Source: Corallococcus exiguus
GTDB taxonomy: Bacteria > Myxococcota > Myxococcia > Myxococcales > Myxococcaceae
Assembly (NCBI RefSeq): GCF_017302975.1
Contig: NZ_JAFIMT010000003.1
Length of the DNA: 64,000 nucleotides
Reading direction: 5' to 3' (one strand)
Positions 53,436-63,555 of the stretch are shown here, piece by piece (the stretch's first letter is position 1; each line of letters opens with the position of its first letter). Position numbers and translations under genes: made by a program. A model generated the notes under the pieces. That model searched no databases, was not told where the DNA came from, and was given only the letters and a program-made list of their open reading frames with translations.

Positions 53436-56105
53436 CTAACCGGTGTTCCGCATGCCCGCAGCGATGCCGTTGAGCGCCAGGAGGAGCGGCCGGTCGCACT
53501 CCGCGTCCCCGTCCCGCTTGCGCTTGAGCAGCTCCACCTGGAGGAAGGACATGGGGTCCACGTAGGGGTTGCGCAGCGCGATGCTCCGCTGCAGCTGCGG
53601 GTTGTTGTCCAGCAGCTTCGCCTCCCCCGTGAGCGACTTCACGGCGCGACGCGTGCGCGAGTGCTCCTGCTGGATGCGCAGCCACAGGGGCCGCGTGGAC
53701 GCGGGCGCCAGCTTCGCGTACCGCGCCGCGATGGCCATGTCCGTCTTGGCCAGCACCATGGTCACGTTGTCGATGACCGTGCGGAAGAAGGGCCATTCCT
53801 TGTACATGCGCTGAAGGAGCGCCGCGCCCTCCGGCGTGGACGCGTATTCCTCCAGCGCGCTGCCCACGCCGTACCAGGCCGGGAGGATGGCGCGCGTCTG
53901 CGTCCACGCGAAGCTCCAGGGGATGGCGCGCAGCGTGTCCAGCCCGCCCGCCTTGCGCTTGCTGGGGCGAGAGCCGATGGGCAGCGCGGAAATCTCGTCC
54001 ACCGGCGTGCCCTTCATGAAGAACTCCACGAAGCCCGGATCCTCCCAGACGAGCCCGCGGTACGCCTTGCGGCCGGACTCCGCCAGCGCGTCGAAGGCGG
54101 CGCGGAAGGCGGACTCGTCCTCCGGGGACGGGCGCGGCTGCGCGTCCAGCGTGTGCAGCAGCACGCCGCCCACCACCAGCTCCAGCGTGCGCTGGGTGAG
54201 CTCCGGGCGCGCGTACTTGTGGTCCATCGCCTCGCCCTGTTCGGTGGCCTTGTAGGCGCCAGCCACCGTGCCCGGCGGCAGCGCGAGGATGGCCGTCTGG
54301 GCGGGGCCGCCGCCGCGCGCCACCGTCTCTCCCCGGCCGTGGAACAGGCGCAGGGGCACGTCGTTCTCGTCCGCCACCTGCGTGAGCGCCACCTGGGCGC
54401 GGTACAGCGCGGCGCTCGCGGCGAGCAGGCCCACCTCCTTGCCGGAGTCGCTGTAGCCCACCATCACCTCCTGCACCCCACGGCCCTTCAGGTGCTGGCG
54501 GTACTCCGGATGCGCGAAGAGCTGGCGCAGCACGTCCGGGCCGCCGTCCAGCGCGCCCAGCTGCTCGAAGAGCGGCGCCACGTCCACGGTGGCGCACTGG
54601 AGCTTCGGGTCCCAGAGCCCCGCGTGCTTCAGGCACTGGAAGGCCGCCAGCACGTCGTCCGCGGTGGAGGCCATGGAGAGGATGAGCGTGCGGCACACGG
54701 ACTCGCCGCCCTCGTCCTGGCCCTCGCGCAGCTTCGCCAGCACCTCCAAGAGGCGCTTGCCGCCATCGGTGGGGGCCGGTCCACCGTTGAAGGACGCCGC
54801 CGCGCTCACCGCGTCCTCCGCGGGGGCGCGCACCTCCAACTCGCCCAGGCCCAGGCCCAGCGCGCGGACGCGCTCGGACATGCGGCGCACCTCGCGCAGG
54901 CCCGCGTGCTCCGCGCGCGCCGCGAAGAGCGACCGCTCCAGCACCGCCAGGTCATCCCCCAACGCCTCCGGCGAACGGTAGGCCCCGGCCGGCAGCGTGG
55001 ACTCCCGCCCCTGCCGCCGCGCCAGCACGTGCTCCAGCGCCAGCGACAGCCGCTCCTCCATGAAGCGCAGCTTGCGGCGCCACGGCTCGCCCAGCGTGCG
55101 CGGGCCCTGCTGCTTCGCCACGTCCGGCAGCGCCTTCGCGTCCTCTTCCAGCGAGCGCTCCAGCTCCTGCGTGGGGCGCGCGTGCCGCTCCGACTGGGAC
55201 AACATCCCGCCCAGCTGCTCCACGTCACGCAGGAGCAGCCGCAGGCCCCGGGCGCGGTGCGCGCGCAGCGTGTCCGCGAACACCTCCGGCGTCACCAGCG
55301 GGTTGCCGTCCATGTCGCCGCCCACCCACGAGTGCACGCGCACGGGCGTGTCCAGCGCGCCCAGGGGTTCGCCGTAGGCGCGCTCGAAGGCCCAGTCCAG
55401 CGCCTCTGGCAGCCGGGCCACCGGCTCCGCCAGCATCTCCTCCACGTACCAGTGGACGTTCTTCACCTCGTCGCCCACGGTGGGGCGCTCGCGGCGCAGC
55501 TCGTCCGTCTGCCACAGCGCGGTAATCTCCTCGCGCATGGCGGTGAGGTTCGCGGCGGACTCGCGCGGGGTGAGCGTGCACCGGTCGCGCTCCTCCAACA
55601 GCTGCGCCAGCCGGTAGAGCTTCTCCAGCAGCGTGCGGCGCACCGCTTGGGTCGGGTGCGCGGTGAACGTCAGCGTCACCTTCAGCGTCCCCAGCGTTTC
55701 ACGCACCTTGTCGGCGCTGACGCCCGCGGCCTTCAGCGCCAGCAGCGTCGACTCCAGCGACCCCTTCTGGGGCCGGGTGGAGGTGGGGCTCGCGTGGGCC
55801 CGCGCGCGGCGGATGCGGTGGTGCTGCTCCGCAAGGTTCACCAGCTGGAAGTAGACGGAGAAGGCGCGCAGCACCGGCTCCACCTGTTCCGACGGCAGCC
55901 GCCGCAACACCGCCGCCAGCTCCGCCGCCGCGGCGCGTCGTCCGGCCACCGGGCCCCGCCGCCGCTGGATGGCCAGGTGGCGGACCTCCTCCTCCTTGTC
56001 GAACAGGGCCTGCCCCTCCTGTTCCACCAACACCTCACCCAACAGCCGGCCCAAGAGCCGGACATCCCGCCGCAGCGGGGGATCCACGGGACGTGAACGC
56101 GCCAT
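53436..56105 (-). CDS. ppc: phosphoenolpyruvate carboxylase
   Basis: Family signatures VFTAHPTQ and GYSDSGK, and the C-terminal ...RNTG. ATG at 56103-56105. 889 aa. Confidence 0.95.
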   Translation of the reverse strand: MARSRPVDPPLRRDVRLLGRLLGEVLVEQEGQALFDKEEEVRHLAIQRRRGPVAGRRAAAAELAAVLRRLPSEQVEPVLRAFSVYFQLVNLAEQHHRIRRARAHASPTSTRPQKGSLESTLLALKAAGVSADKVRETLGTLKVTLTFTAHPTQAVRRTLLEKLYRLAQLLEERDRCTLTPRESAANLTAMREEITALWQTDELRRERPTVGDEVKNVHWYVEEMLAEPVARLPEALDWAFERAYGEPLGALDTPVRVHSWVGGDMDGNPLVTPEVFADTLRAHRARGLRLLLRDVEQLGGMLSQSERHARPTQELERSLEEDAKALPDVAKQQGPRTLGEPWRRKLRFMEERLSLALEHVLARRQGRESTLPAGAYRSPEALGDDLAVLERSLFAARAEHAGLREVRRMSERVRALGLGLGELEVRAPAEDAVSAAASFNGGPAPTDGGKRLLEVLAKLREGQDEGGESVCRTLILSMASTADDVLAAFQCLKHAGLWDPKLQCATVDVAPLFEQLGALDGGPDVLRQLFAHPEYRQHLKGRGVQEVMVGYSDSGKEVGLLAASAALYRAQVALTQVADENDVPLRLFHGRGETVARGGGPAQTAILALPPGTVAGAYKATEQGEAMDHKYARPELTQRTLELVVGGVLLHTLDAQPRPSPEDESAFRAAFDALAESGRKAYRGLVWEDPGFVEFFMKGTPVDEISALPIGSRPSKRKAGGLDTLRAIPWSFAWTQTRAILPAWYGVGSALEEYASTPEGAALLQRMYKEWPFFRTVIDNVTMVLAKTDMAIAARYAKLAPASTRPLWLRIQQEHSRTRRAVKSLTGEAKLLDNNPQLQRSIALRNPYVDPMSFLQVELLKRKRDGDAECDRPLLLALNGIAAGMRNTG

Positions 56106-56306
56106 AACGGACCGGAACCGTAGTCCTTTGGCCCCCCACCTCCCCTACCCATTCTCGAATTTTCGACCGCCAGCCGACGGATGACCCACTCCGTCCTTGC
56201 AGGAAAAATTCAACCTCCCGGTCTTCCCAAAGGGTCGAGGCTTCCACTAGAAAGTGGGCACTCCCGGACCCCGCCGGGATGTCTGACCTGACCCAAAGGA
56301 GTGGCA

Positions 56307-58658
56307 ATGCGGAAAAACCCATCTTGGCTGGCCCTGGGCCTGCTGACGCTCGCGGCGCCGTCGGCGTACGCGGAGCGCGCGTGGTACGAGAAGCCGCAAC
56401 CCGACGTCGCCGCGCCGTCCACCAAGCTGCGCCAGGCGGTTGTCCAGGACATCACGGACGACCTGCCCCACCGTCTGGGTGAGCAGCAGAAGGAGCTGAA
56501 GGCGCAGGCGCTGCAGATGCGCCTGGAGGGTCGTGGTCAGCCGGGCCGCGTGCAGAAGCTGGCCAACGGCAAGTTCGTGGAGCTGGAGCTGCAGCGCACG
56601 GACCGCATCTTCGTCATCCTGGTGGAGTACGGCACGCAGATCCACCCGGTGTTCGGCAACCCCGCCACCAACCCGGGCGGCAACATCCCCGGCCCGCTGC
56701 ACAACGCGATTCCCGCGCCGGACCGCTCGGTGGACAACACCACCATCTGGCAGCCGGACTACAACCGCGAGCACTTCGAGAAGCTCTACTTCGACACGAC
56801 GCCGGGCGCTGACTCGGTGGCGAACTTCTACAAGGCCGCGTCCTCCGGCCGCTACACCGTGTCCGGCACGGTGTCCGAGTGGGTGAAGGTGCCGTACAAC
56901 GCCGCCCGCTACGGCAACAACCTGTGCGGCAGCTCCAGCTGCTCCAACTCCGTGTGGCCGCTCATCAGCGACGCCATCAAGGCGTGGACCAACGATCAGC
57001 TGGCCGCCGGCAAGACGCCCGCGGAGATCAAGGCGTACCTGGACACGTTCGACACGTGGGACCGGTACGACTACGACGGCGACGGCAACTTCGACGAGCC
57101 GGACGGCTACATCGACCACTTCCAGATCGTCCACGCCGGCATGGGTGAGGAAGTCGGCGGCGGCGCGCAGGGCCCCAACGCCGTGTGGAGCCACCGCTGG
57201 TTCGCGTACAGCAACGGCACGAGCCCGGACGGCATCGGCCCCGCGTACAACCAGAACGGCGGCACGCGCTTCGCGACGGGCATCGACAAGTGGGTGGGCG
57301 ACTACACCATCCAGCCGGAGAACGGCGGACTGGGCGTGTTCGCGCACGAGTACGGCCACGACCTGGGCCTGCCGGACCACTACGACACGACGAACGCGGC
57401 GGACAACGGGACGGGCTTCTGGACCATCATGTCGTCCGGCTCGTACCTGAACGACGGCACCAAGGACATTGGCAGCCGTCCGGGTGACTTCTTCGCCTGG
57501 GACAAGCTGCAGCTGGGCTGGCTGGACTACGCCACCACGGACGCGGGCCTGTACTCGTACCACAAGCTGGGCCCCGCGGAGGTCACCTCCGCGAACGCGA
57601 AGCAGGCGCTCGTGGTGAAGCTGCCCGGCAAGCCCGTGGTGCAGCCCACCACCGCCCCGTACGAAGGCCAGGGCATGTGGCAGGGCGGCCAGGGCAACAA
57701 CCTGGACCGCGTGCTCGAGAAGACGGTGAAGCTGCCGAACAAGAAGCCCATCACCTTCTCCTTCCAGACCTGGTTCGACATCGAGGAGGACTGGGACTAC
57801 GCCTACGTCGCCATCTCCGTGGACGGTGGCCCGTTCACCAACCTGGCCAGCCCGGTGAGCCGCACCACGAACCCGTGGGGCAACAACCTGGGCAACGGCA
57901 TCACCGGCACGTCCGGTGGTTGGATTCCCCTGGAGTTCGACCTGTCCGCCCACGCGGGCAAGACCGTCACCCTGAAGCTCCGCTACAAGACGGACGCGGC
58001 GGAGTTCAACAAGGGCTTCCTGGTGGACGCCGTGCAGCTGTGGGCGAAGAACACCTACGTCTTCGGTGACGACGGCGAGTGGGGCCACAAGTGGTGGGAC
58101 AAGTCGACGTTCTTCGTGACGGACGGCACCAACACCCTCTACGACAACTACTACCTGGCCGAGTGGCGCCAGTTCCGCGGCTACGACGAGGGTCTGGCCA
58201 CGGGTCCCTACAACTTCGGCTTCAGCGCGGATGGCCTGGTGGATTGGGCGGAGCGCTACTCGTACAACCCCGGCCTGCTGATCACCTACTGGGACACGTC
58301 GCAGTCGAACAACAACGTGTCTCAGCACCCGGGTTCGGGCCGCATCCTGCCCATCGACTCGCGCCCGCAGCCCCTGCAGCGCAGCGACGGCCGCTACTGG
58401 TCCGGCCGCGTGCAGACGCACGACGCGACGTTCGGCCTGGAGCCCAGCTTCCCGCTGTCGCTCAAGCCCAACGGCTTCCCGCGCAACGAGTACGCCTCGC
58501 AGCCCGCGGTGCCGGTGTTCAACGACACGAACGAGTTCTGGTACGCCACGCAGCCGTACGGCGGCGTGAAGGTTCCGAAGACGGGCACCATCATCGAGGT
58601 GCTGTCGACGAACCCGGCCCAGACCGTGATGCAGGTCCAGGTGCGCCCGGTCGAGTAG
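56307..58658 (+). CDS. secreted M6-family zinc metalloprotease (immune inhibitor A / InhA-like)
   Basis: AAAGGAG SD 7 nt upstream of the ATG at 56307. Signal peptide MRKNPSWLALGLLTLAAPSAYA. Zinc motif HEYGHDLGLPDHYD. Length and domain order match InhA. Confidence 0.9.
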   Translation: MRKNPSWLALGLLTLAAPSAYAERAWYEKPQPDVAAPSTKLRQAVVQDITDDLPHRLGEQQKELKAQALQMRLEGRGQPGRVQKLANGKFVELELQRTDRIFVILVEYGTQIHPVFGNPATNPGGNIPGPLHNAIPAPDRSVDNTTIWQPDYNREHFEKLYFDTTPGADSVANFYKAASSGRYTVSGTVSEWVKVPYNAARYGNNLCGSSSCSNSVWPLISDAIKAWTNDQLAAGKTPAEIKAYLDTFDTWDRYDYDGDGNFDEPDGYIDHFQIVHAGMGEEVGGGAQGPNAVWSHRWFAYSNGTSPDGIGPAYNQNGGTRFATGIDKWVGDYTIQPENGGLGVFAHEYGHDLGLPDHYDTTNAADNGTGFWTIMSSGSYLNDGTKDIGSRPGDFFAWDKLQLGWLDYATTDAGLYSYHKLGPAEVTSANAKQALVVKLPGKPVVQPTTAPYEGQGMWQGGQGNNLDRVLEKTVKLPNKKPITFSFQTWFDIEEDWDYAYVAISVDGGPFTNLASPVSRTTNPWGNNLGNGITGTSGGWIPLEFDLSAHAGKTVTLKLRYKTDAAEFNKGFLVDAVQLWAKNTYVFGDDGEWGHKWWDKSTFFVTDGTNTLYDNYYLAEWRQFRGYDEGLATGPYNFGFSADGLVDWAERYSYNPGLLITYWDTSQSNNNVSQHPGSGRILPIDSRPQPLQRSDGRYWSGRVQTHDATFGLEPSFPLSLKPNGFPRNEYASQPAVPVFNDTNEFWYATQPYGGVKVPKTGTIIEVLSTNPAQTVMQVQVRPVE

Positions 58659-58694
58659 TCCTCTGACCGTCGTCACCACTGAGCAGTGAAGGAG

Positions 58695-58730
58695 GGCCGG
58701 TCCCGCGTCGATGCGGGGCCGGCCTTTCGC
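58695..58730 (+). terminator. intrinsic terminator after the M6 protease gene
   Basis: A 12-bp GC stem (ggccggtcccgc / gcggggccggcc, one G-U pair) with a 6-nt loop, followed by a T-rich tract (tttcgcgttcgggttg). Lies 37 nt after the stop codon. Confidence 0.5.
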
Positions 58731-58806
58731 GTTCGGGTTGAAGGAATCCGGACACCCGGAGCACGGCCGGAGATGACGGACGCGCGGGGGACGCTACGGT
58801 GCCTGC

Positions 58807-59772
58807 ATGGCCGAGTGCCCCGTGGGAGCGCCCTCCTCCCCTTCCCCTCCTCCCGAGCCGCCCTCCGAAGTCGCGCGAACCGTGGCGCTGGAGTCCGCGG
58901 ATCCGCTCTCCGTGCTCAACCAGGCGTTCCGCGACGCCTACGCCGCGCGTCGTGAGGCCGTGCTGTCCCGCATGGGGCCCGTCATCGCGCAGATCGACGA
59001 CGTGCTCATCCTGCGCATGCGCGGCCAGCGCTTCGAGGCGCCCGCGCGCACGCGCCACTACCACGAGTACAAGGCCGTCACCCACGTGCCCCTCGCGCTC
59101 CACGTCCTGCTCGCCAGCAAGGACGCGCTCGACGAAGAGACGCGCACGCGGCTCACCACGATGCGGCGGCTCATCACCGCCTCGCGCATGAGCCTGGACA
59201 ACAGAGGCCTTCCGACCGAAGCCCTGGCGCGGCAGCACCGCCTGCTCGACGCGTCGCTCGCGCTCGTGGACGAGGTGCTGGCGGCGAACCGGGTGACGCA
59301 GGCGGAGCTCTCCGCGTTCATCCACGCCCGGGTGCCGGACCTGCTGAAGAACGCCGAGGACGCGGCGAAGGATCAGATCGACACCATGCATGCCTCGGTC
59401 GAGGCGTGGAAACGACAGATGACCGCTGAGGAGCGCGGTCAGCTGCGCGCCGTGGTGGCCGCCTCGCACATGTCGCGGCCGGGCAACGTGGCCGCGCAGT
59501 ACTTCTCCATCACGCTGGGCGACACGTGGGAGGGGCGCTTCCACGAAGAGGATCAACAGCCCGGCAAGCGCGTGCTCACCTCGGAGGCGACGTTCGACGA
59601 GCCTGCGGCGTTCGCGCTGCTCGCCACGCACGTGCTGGACGCGAACACGTCACGCGGCATCTTCGGCGAGGAGACGCGCATGGCCAGGGATCTGCTCGCG
59701 GACGCGGCCGAGCGCATCCTCGCGGGCATGTTCCAGACATCACCCCAGCCGCCCGGCACGGGCGCGCCGTAG
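58807..59772 (+). CDS. hypothetical protein
   Basis: ATG at 58807. Helical, protein-like composition. Convergent with the histidine kinase gene. Confidence 0.5.
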   Translation: MAECPVGAPSSPSPPPEPPSEVARTVALESADPLSVLNQAFRDAYAARREAVLSRMGPVIAQIDDVLILRMRGQRFEAPARTRHYHEYKAVTHVPLALHVLLASKDALDEETRTRLTTMRRLITASRMSLDNRGLPTEALARQHRLLDASLALVDEVLAANRVTQAELSAFIHARVPDLLKNAEDAAKDQIDTMHASVEAWKRQMTAEERGQLRAVVAASHMSRPGNVAAQYFSITLGDTWEGRFHEEDQQPGKRVLTSEATFDEPAAFALLATHVLDANTSRGIFGEETRMARDLLADAAERILAGMFQTSPQPPGTGAP

Positions 59773-59776
59773 CGGC

Positions 59777-61471
59777 TCAGGAGCGCGTGAGCGGCAGCTC
59801 CACCATGAACGTCGCGCCCTCGCCCAGGCGGCTGTCCAGGGACACGCGCCCGCCCTCGGCCTCCACGATGGTGCGGGTGAGGTAGAGCCCCAATCCCAGG
59901 CCGCCATAGTGGCGTTCGGACACCGCGCGGCCGTAGCGCTCGAAGAGGCGGGGCCGCTGCTCCGGCGAGATGCCGATGCCCCCGTCGCGCACCGTGAGCC
60001 GCGCCACGGGCCCATCCGCCACGAGCCGCACGGACACGGGTGTACCGGGACCGTACTTGAGGGCGTTATCCAGCAGGTGATCCAACACCTGCGCCAGCCG
60101 CACCCGGTCGAAGCAGCCGCGTACCGACTCCGGGGCTTCCACCTGGAAATCGCAGTGCTCCAGGACGAACCTGGGCGCGAACGTCGCGGCCACCTCGCGC
60201 ACCACCTCCGCGACGTCCACCTCCTCGCGCTGCAGGCGGAAGGTGCCGGCGCTGATGCGCGACACGTCCAGCAGGTCGTTCATCAGCTCCGTGAGCCGGC
60301 GGACCTGGCGGTGCCCCGTCTCCACGTGGGCTTCGATGACCGGCACGAGCGGCGAGTCCGGATGCGACTTCACCGCGCGCGACAGCGCCTGGAGCTTCAG
60401 GCTCAGCGGCGTCAGCGGCGTCTTCAGCTCGTGGCTCGCGACGGAGAGGAACTCGTCGCGCAGGCGGATGGCCTCGCGTGCGCCCTGGAGCAGCCGCGCG
60501 TTGTCCACCGCGAGCCCGGCCAGGTTCGCCAGCTCCTGGGCGAACCGGAGGTCCTCGTCGTGATACCGGCGGCTGGAGGTGGTGACCAGGAAGGACAGCG
60601 CGCCCAGGATGTGGCCCCGGGCCATGAGCGGCACGGTGAGCAGCGAACGGATGCCCACCCGCCGCATCGTCTCCAGATGATCCGCGTCCTGCGCCACGGA
60701 CTGCATCACCGCGTCCGTGACCTCCGTCGCCAGGGTGGACCGGCCGGTCGCCAGCGCCACCGCGGGAGGATAGACGGGCCGCTCCTGGGGCACAGGCGTC
60801 AGCCGCTGCACGGTGGCCGCGAGCGGCGCCTGCGAGGGATCCGCCGCCACCACCTGGGCGCGCTCGAAGTGACCGTCCGGGTGCAGCACATCCACGATGC
60901 ACCAGTCCGCGAGCGCCGACACCGACAGGTTCGCCAGCGACGCGAGCGTGGCGGAGGCGTCCAGCGACGACGCGAACAGCTCGCTGGCCCGCGCCAGGAA
61001 CGTGGCGCGCTCTTCACCGAGGACCTGCGCCTGGATGTCGATGCAGGTGCCCACCCATTCGTGCACGGAGCCATCCGGCCCCAGCACGGGCATGCCCCGC
61101 GCGAGCATCCACACGTAAGCCCCGTCCACGCGGCGCAGCCGGTAGCGAGTGGCGAAGGGCTGCGTCCCCGCCCTGGCCCGCTCCCATGCCGCCAGGGCCC
61201 CGGCCCGGTCATCCGGGTACAGGGCGAGGAGCCACCCCTGGTTGCGCATCTGCTCCGGCGTCTGGCCGGTGAAGGCCGTCCACGACGGAGAGATGGGCGC
61301 CAGCGCATCCCTGGCGGGATCCGTCGACCAGGTGACCTGCGCCGCGGTCTCCAGCAGCCGGCGGAGCCGCTCGGCTTCCTGGCGCAGTTGGGCCACCTCC
61401 TCGCGCAACGCGGCCTCGGCACCGACAGGAGGGGTGGAGAGGCGGCTCGGGTCCAGGAGGGGGGACGTCAT
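59777..61471 (-). CDS. sensor histidine kinase with PAS and GAF domains (orphan, no adjacent response regulator)
   Basis: PAS (WSTDPARDALAPISPSWTAFTG...) and GAF regions. H-box SVASHELKTPLT, N-box LLDNALKYG, G-boxes DGGIGI and GGLGLGL. ATG (MTSPLLDP...) at 61471. Confidence 0.85.
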   Translation of the reverse strand: MTSPLLDPSRLSTPPVGAEAALREEVAQLRQEAERLRRLLETAAQVTWSTDPARDALAPISPSWTAFTGQTPEQMRNQGWLLALYPDDRAGALAAWERARAGTQPFATRYRLRRVDGAYVWMLARGMPVLGPDGSVHEWVGTCIDIQAQVLGEERATFLARASELFASSLDASATLASLANLSVSALADWCIVDVLHPDGHFERAQVVAADPSQAPLAATVQRLTPVPQERPVYPPAVALATGRSTLATEVTDAVMQSVAQDADHLETMRRVGIRSLLTVPLMARGHILGALSFLVTTSSRRYHDEDLRFAQELANLAGLAVDNARLLQGAREAIRLRDEFLSVASHELKTPLTPLSLKLQALSRAVKSHPDSPLVPVIEAHVETGHRQVRRLTELMNDLLDVSRISAGTFRLQREEVDVAEVVREVAATFAPRFVLEHCDFQVEAPESVRGCFDRVRLAQVLDHLLDNALKYGPGTPVSVRLVADGPVARLTVRDGGIGISPEQRPRLFERYGRAVSERHYGGLGLGLYLTRTIVEAEGGRVSLDSRLGEGATFMVELPLTRS

Positions 61472-61481
61472 CGCGGTGCCT

Positions 61482-62498
61482 TCAGTACACGTTGTACTTG
61501 GCTCGAAGCGCTTCGTGCTCCTGCGCGTTGCGCGACGGGTGCAGGACCTTCTGCGCGTCATGCAGGTAGTACCAGAAGTCGCTCTTCACCGGCCGCAGCG
61601 CGGCGACCAGCGAGTCCACCGTGGGCGCGCCAATGGGGCCCGGCGGCAGGCCCGCGCGGCTGCGCGAGTTCCACGGATCCGAGGGGTCCCGCAGCCGCTT
61701 GAGGAACGCCTTGCGGTCGTTCCACTCCGCCAGCTCGTAGCGGCTGGTGGCGTCCACGCCCAGCGGGAAGCCCTTGTCCACGCGCTTCCAGAGGATGCCC
61801 GCGACGAGCGCGCGCTGGGACGGCACCGGCTCCTCGCGCTCCAGCATGGAGGCCATCACGACGATGTCGTGCAGCGACCGGCCGCTCTTGCCGATCTCGT
61901 CCTTGTGCTCGTCGTAGAAGCGGGCGCGGAAGGTGTCGATCTGCCGCTGGATGAAGGCGTCCACCTTGAAGTTGTCCGCGATGATCCCGTACGTCTCCGG
62001 GTAGAGGTAGCCCTCCAGGCTGCGCACAGGCATGGGGAACGGCGCGGTGAAGTTGCTCGTGCGGCTGGCCGCGGCGATGTACTCGCCCGGTTTGATCAAC
62101 CCCTGGGCGGCGAGCACCTGGTCGGTGTCGCGCAGGCGCCAGCCTTCGATCATCGCGAAGGGCACGTCCTCCGGCAGCGGCTGGCCTTCCAGGGCGTTGG
62201 CCAGCTCCGCCACGGAGGCGGTGGGGCTCAGCATGAAGCGGCCCGCCTTCACGTTGAGGCTGCCCCGGCGCCATAGGTGGAAGCGCCACACGGCGGGATT
62301 CTCCAGGAAGCCCTGGGCCTGGAGCTGCTGGCCCAGCGAGCGCGCGGACGCGCCCTTCTTCACCACGAACTCCTTGGGAGCCGGATCCGCGGCTGCGTGC
62401 GGTGCGGTGGTGGCGTTCTGGAAGTGCATGAACACGCCGCCTGCACCCGCGACCGCCAGGACAATGAGCACGAGGAGCGCGACCAGGATCTTCTTCAT
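61482..62498 (-). CDS. mltG: endolytic murein transglycosylase MltG (YceG-like)
   Basis: N-terminal anchor MKKILVALLVLIVLAVAG, then the YceG family sequence (LEGYLYPETY, ASMLEREEP). ATG at about 62498. Ends 11 nt upstream of the HK start. Confidence 0.85.
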   Translation of the reverse strand: MKKILVALLVLIVLAVAGAGGVFMHFQNATTAPHAAADPAPKEFVVKKGASARSLGQQLQAQGFLENPAVWRFHLWRRGSLNVKAGRFMLSPTASVAELANALEGQPLPEDVPFAMIEGWRLRDTDQVLAAQGLIKPGEYIAAASRTSNFTAPFPMPVRSLEGYLYPETYGIIADNFKVDAFIQRQIDTFRARFYDEHKDEIGKSGRSLHDIVVMASMLEREEPVPSQRALVAGILWKRVDKGFPLGVDATSRYELAEWNDRKAFLKRLRDPSDPWNSRSRAGLPPGPIGAPTVDSLVAALRPVKSDFWYYLHDAQKVLHPSRNAQEHEALRAKYNVY

Positions 62499-62631
62499 GG
62501 GGCGGCAACCTATCAAAGGCCCTGACGCTTCCAACGAGAACCACCGTGCGCCCTGCCGGGCAGGCGGACGCAAGCGCCCCCTTCTCAACACCCAGCGATG
62601 AAGGCGCCCCTCCCCTCGCGCCTCGTCTAGG

Positions 62632-63546
62632 ATGACGCCCTTGTTCGTCGACCCCCGCCGGCTCGAAACCTTCCGCGTCGTCGCCTCGACGGGGCAGATC
62701 TCCGCCGCCTCCCGCCTGCTCCACCTGTCGCAGCCCGCCGTCACCGCGCAGGTCCGGCAACTGGAGGCCGACTGCGGCCAACCGCTCCTCGTGCGAACCG
62801 CGCGCGGGGTGCGGCTGAACGCGGCGGGGCGTGTGCTCTTCGACTATGCCCAGCGCATCCACGGCCTGCTGGACGAGGCGGCGCTCGCCATCGCGGCCGA
62901 GGAGACCCTCACCGGAGAGCTCGCGCTGGCGGCGAGCACCACCGTCGCCAATGCCATCGTGCCCGGCCTGCTGGCGTCCTTCCTGCGCACGCACCGTGAG
63001 CTCCAGGTTCGTCTGGAAGTGGGCAATACGCGCGAGGTGCTGACGTGGTTGTCGGAGGGCCGGGTGCCGCTCGGGCTGGTGGAGGGCCACGCGCGGGCGC
63101 CCGGCATCCGGCTGGAGCGCTATCTGGATGACGAGCTGGTGCCGGTGGTCTCGTCACAGGGGCCGGCGGAGTGGTCGCGGATCCGCACCATGGAGGCGCT
63201 GCGGGAGGTGCCGCTGCTGTGGCGCGAGCAGGGCTCCGGCACGCGCGCCGTGCTGGACCGGGCCCTGCGCAAGGCGGGCGTGCGCAAGGGGCCCCGACGC
63301 GGAGACCTCCAGTTGGGCAGCACCGAGGCGATCAAACGGGCCGTGTCCCTGGGCCTGGGCGTGGCGCTGCTGTCCCGATGGAGCATCGACGGTGAGCTGT
63401 CCCTGGGCCGCTTCCAGGTGTTGCCCGTGCCAGGGCTGCGCATCCCGCGAGCGTTCTCCTGGGCCCTGCCCGTGGACGATCCGTCCGGAGCCGCGGGCCG
63501 CTTCCTGCGCCATGCCCGCGCCACGCCCCCGGTGCTGTTGCCCTGA
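62632..63546 (+). CDS. LysR-family transcriptional regulator
   Basis: N-terminal wHTH (LETFRVVASTGQISAASRLLHLSQPAVTAQVRQLE) plus a substrate-binding domain. ATG at 62632. Confidence 0.9.
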   Translation: MTPLFVDPRRLETFRVVASTGQISAASRLLHLSQPAVTAQVRQLEADCGQPLLVRTARGVRLNAAGRVLFDYAQRIHGLLDEAALAIAAEETLTGELALAASTTVANAIVPGLLASFLRTHRELQVRLEVGNTREVLTWLSEGRVPLGLVEGHARAPGIRLERYLDDELVPVVSSQGPAEWSRIRTMEALREVPLLWREQGSGTRAVLDRALRKAGVRKGPRRGDLQLGSTEAIKRAVSLGLGVALLSRWSIDGELSLGRFQVLPVPGLRIPRAFSWALPVDDPSGAAGRFLRHARATPPVLLP

Positions 63547-63555
63547 GCCCGCGCC

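Noticed and set aside
53334-56096. 920-aa plus-strand ORF antisense to ppc
   Set aside because: ppc is unambiguous (TAHPTQ and GYSDSGK signatures). The antisense frame is an Arg/Gly/Leu artefact.
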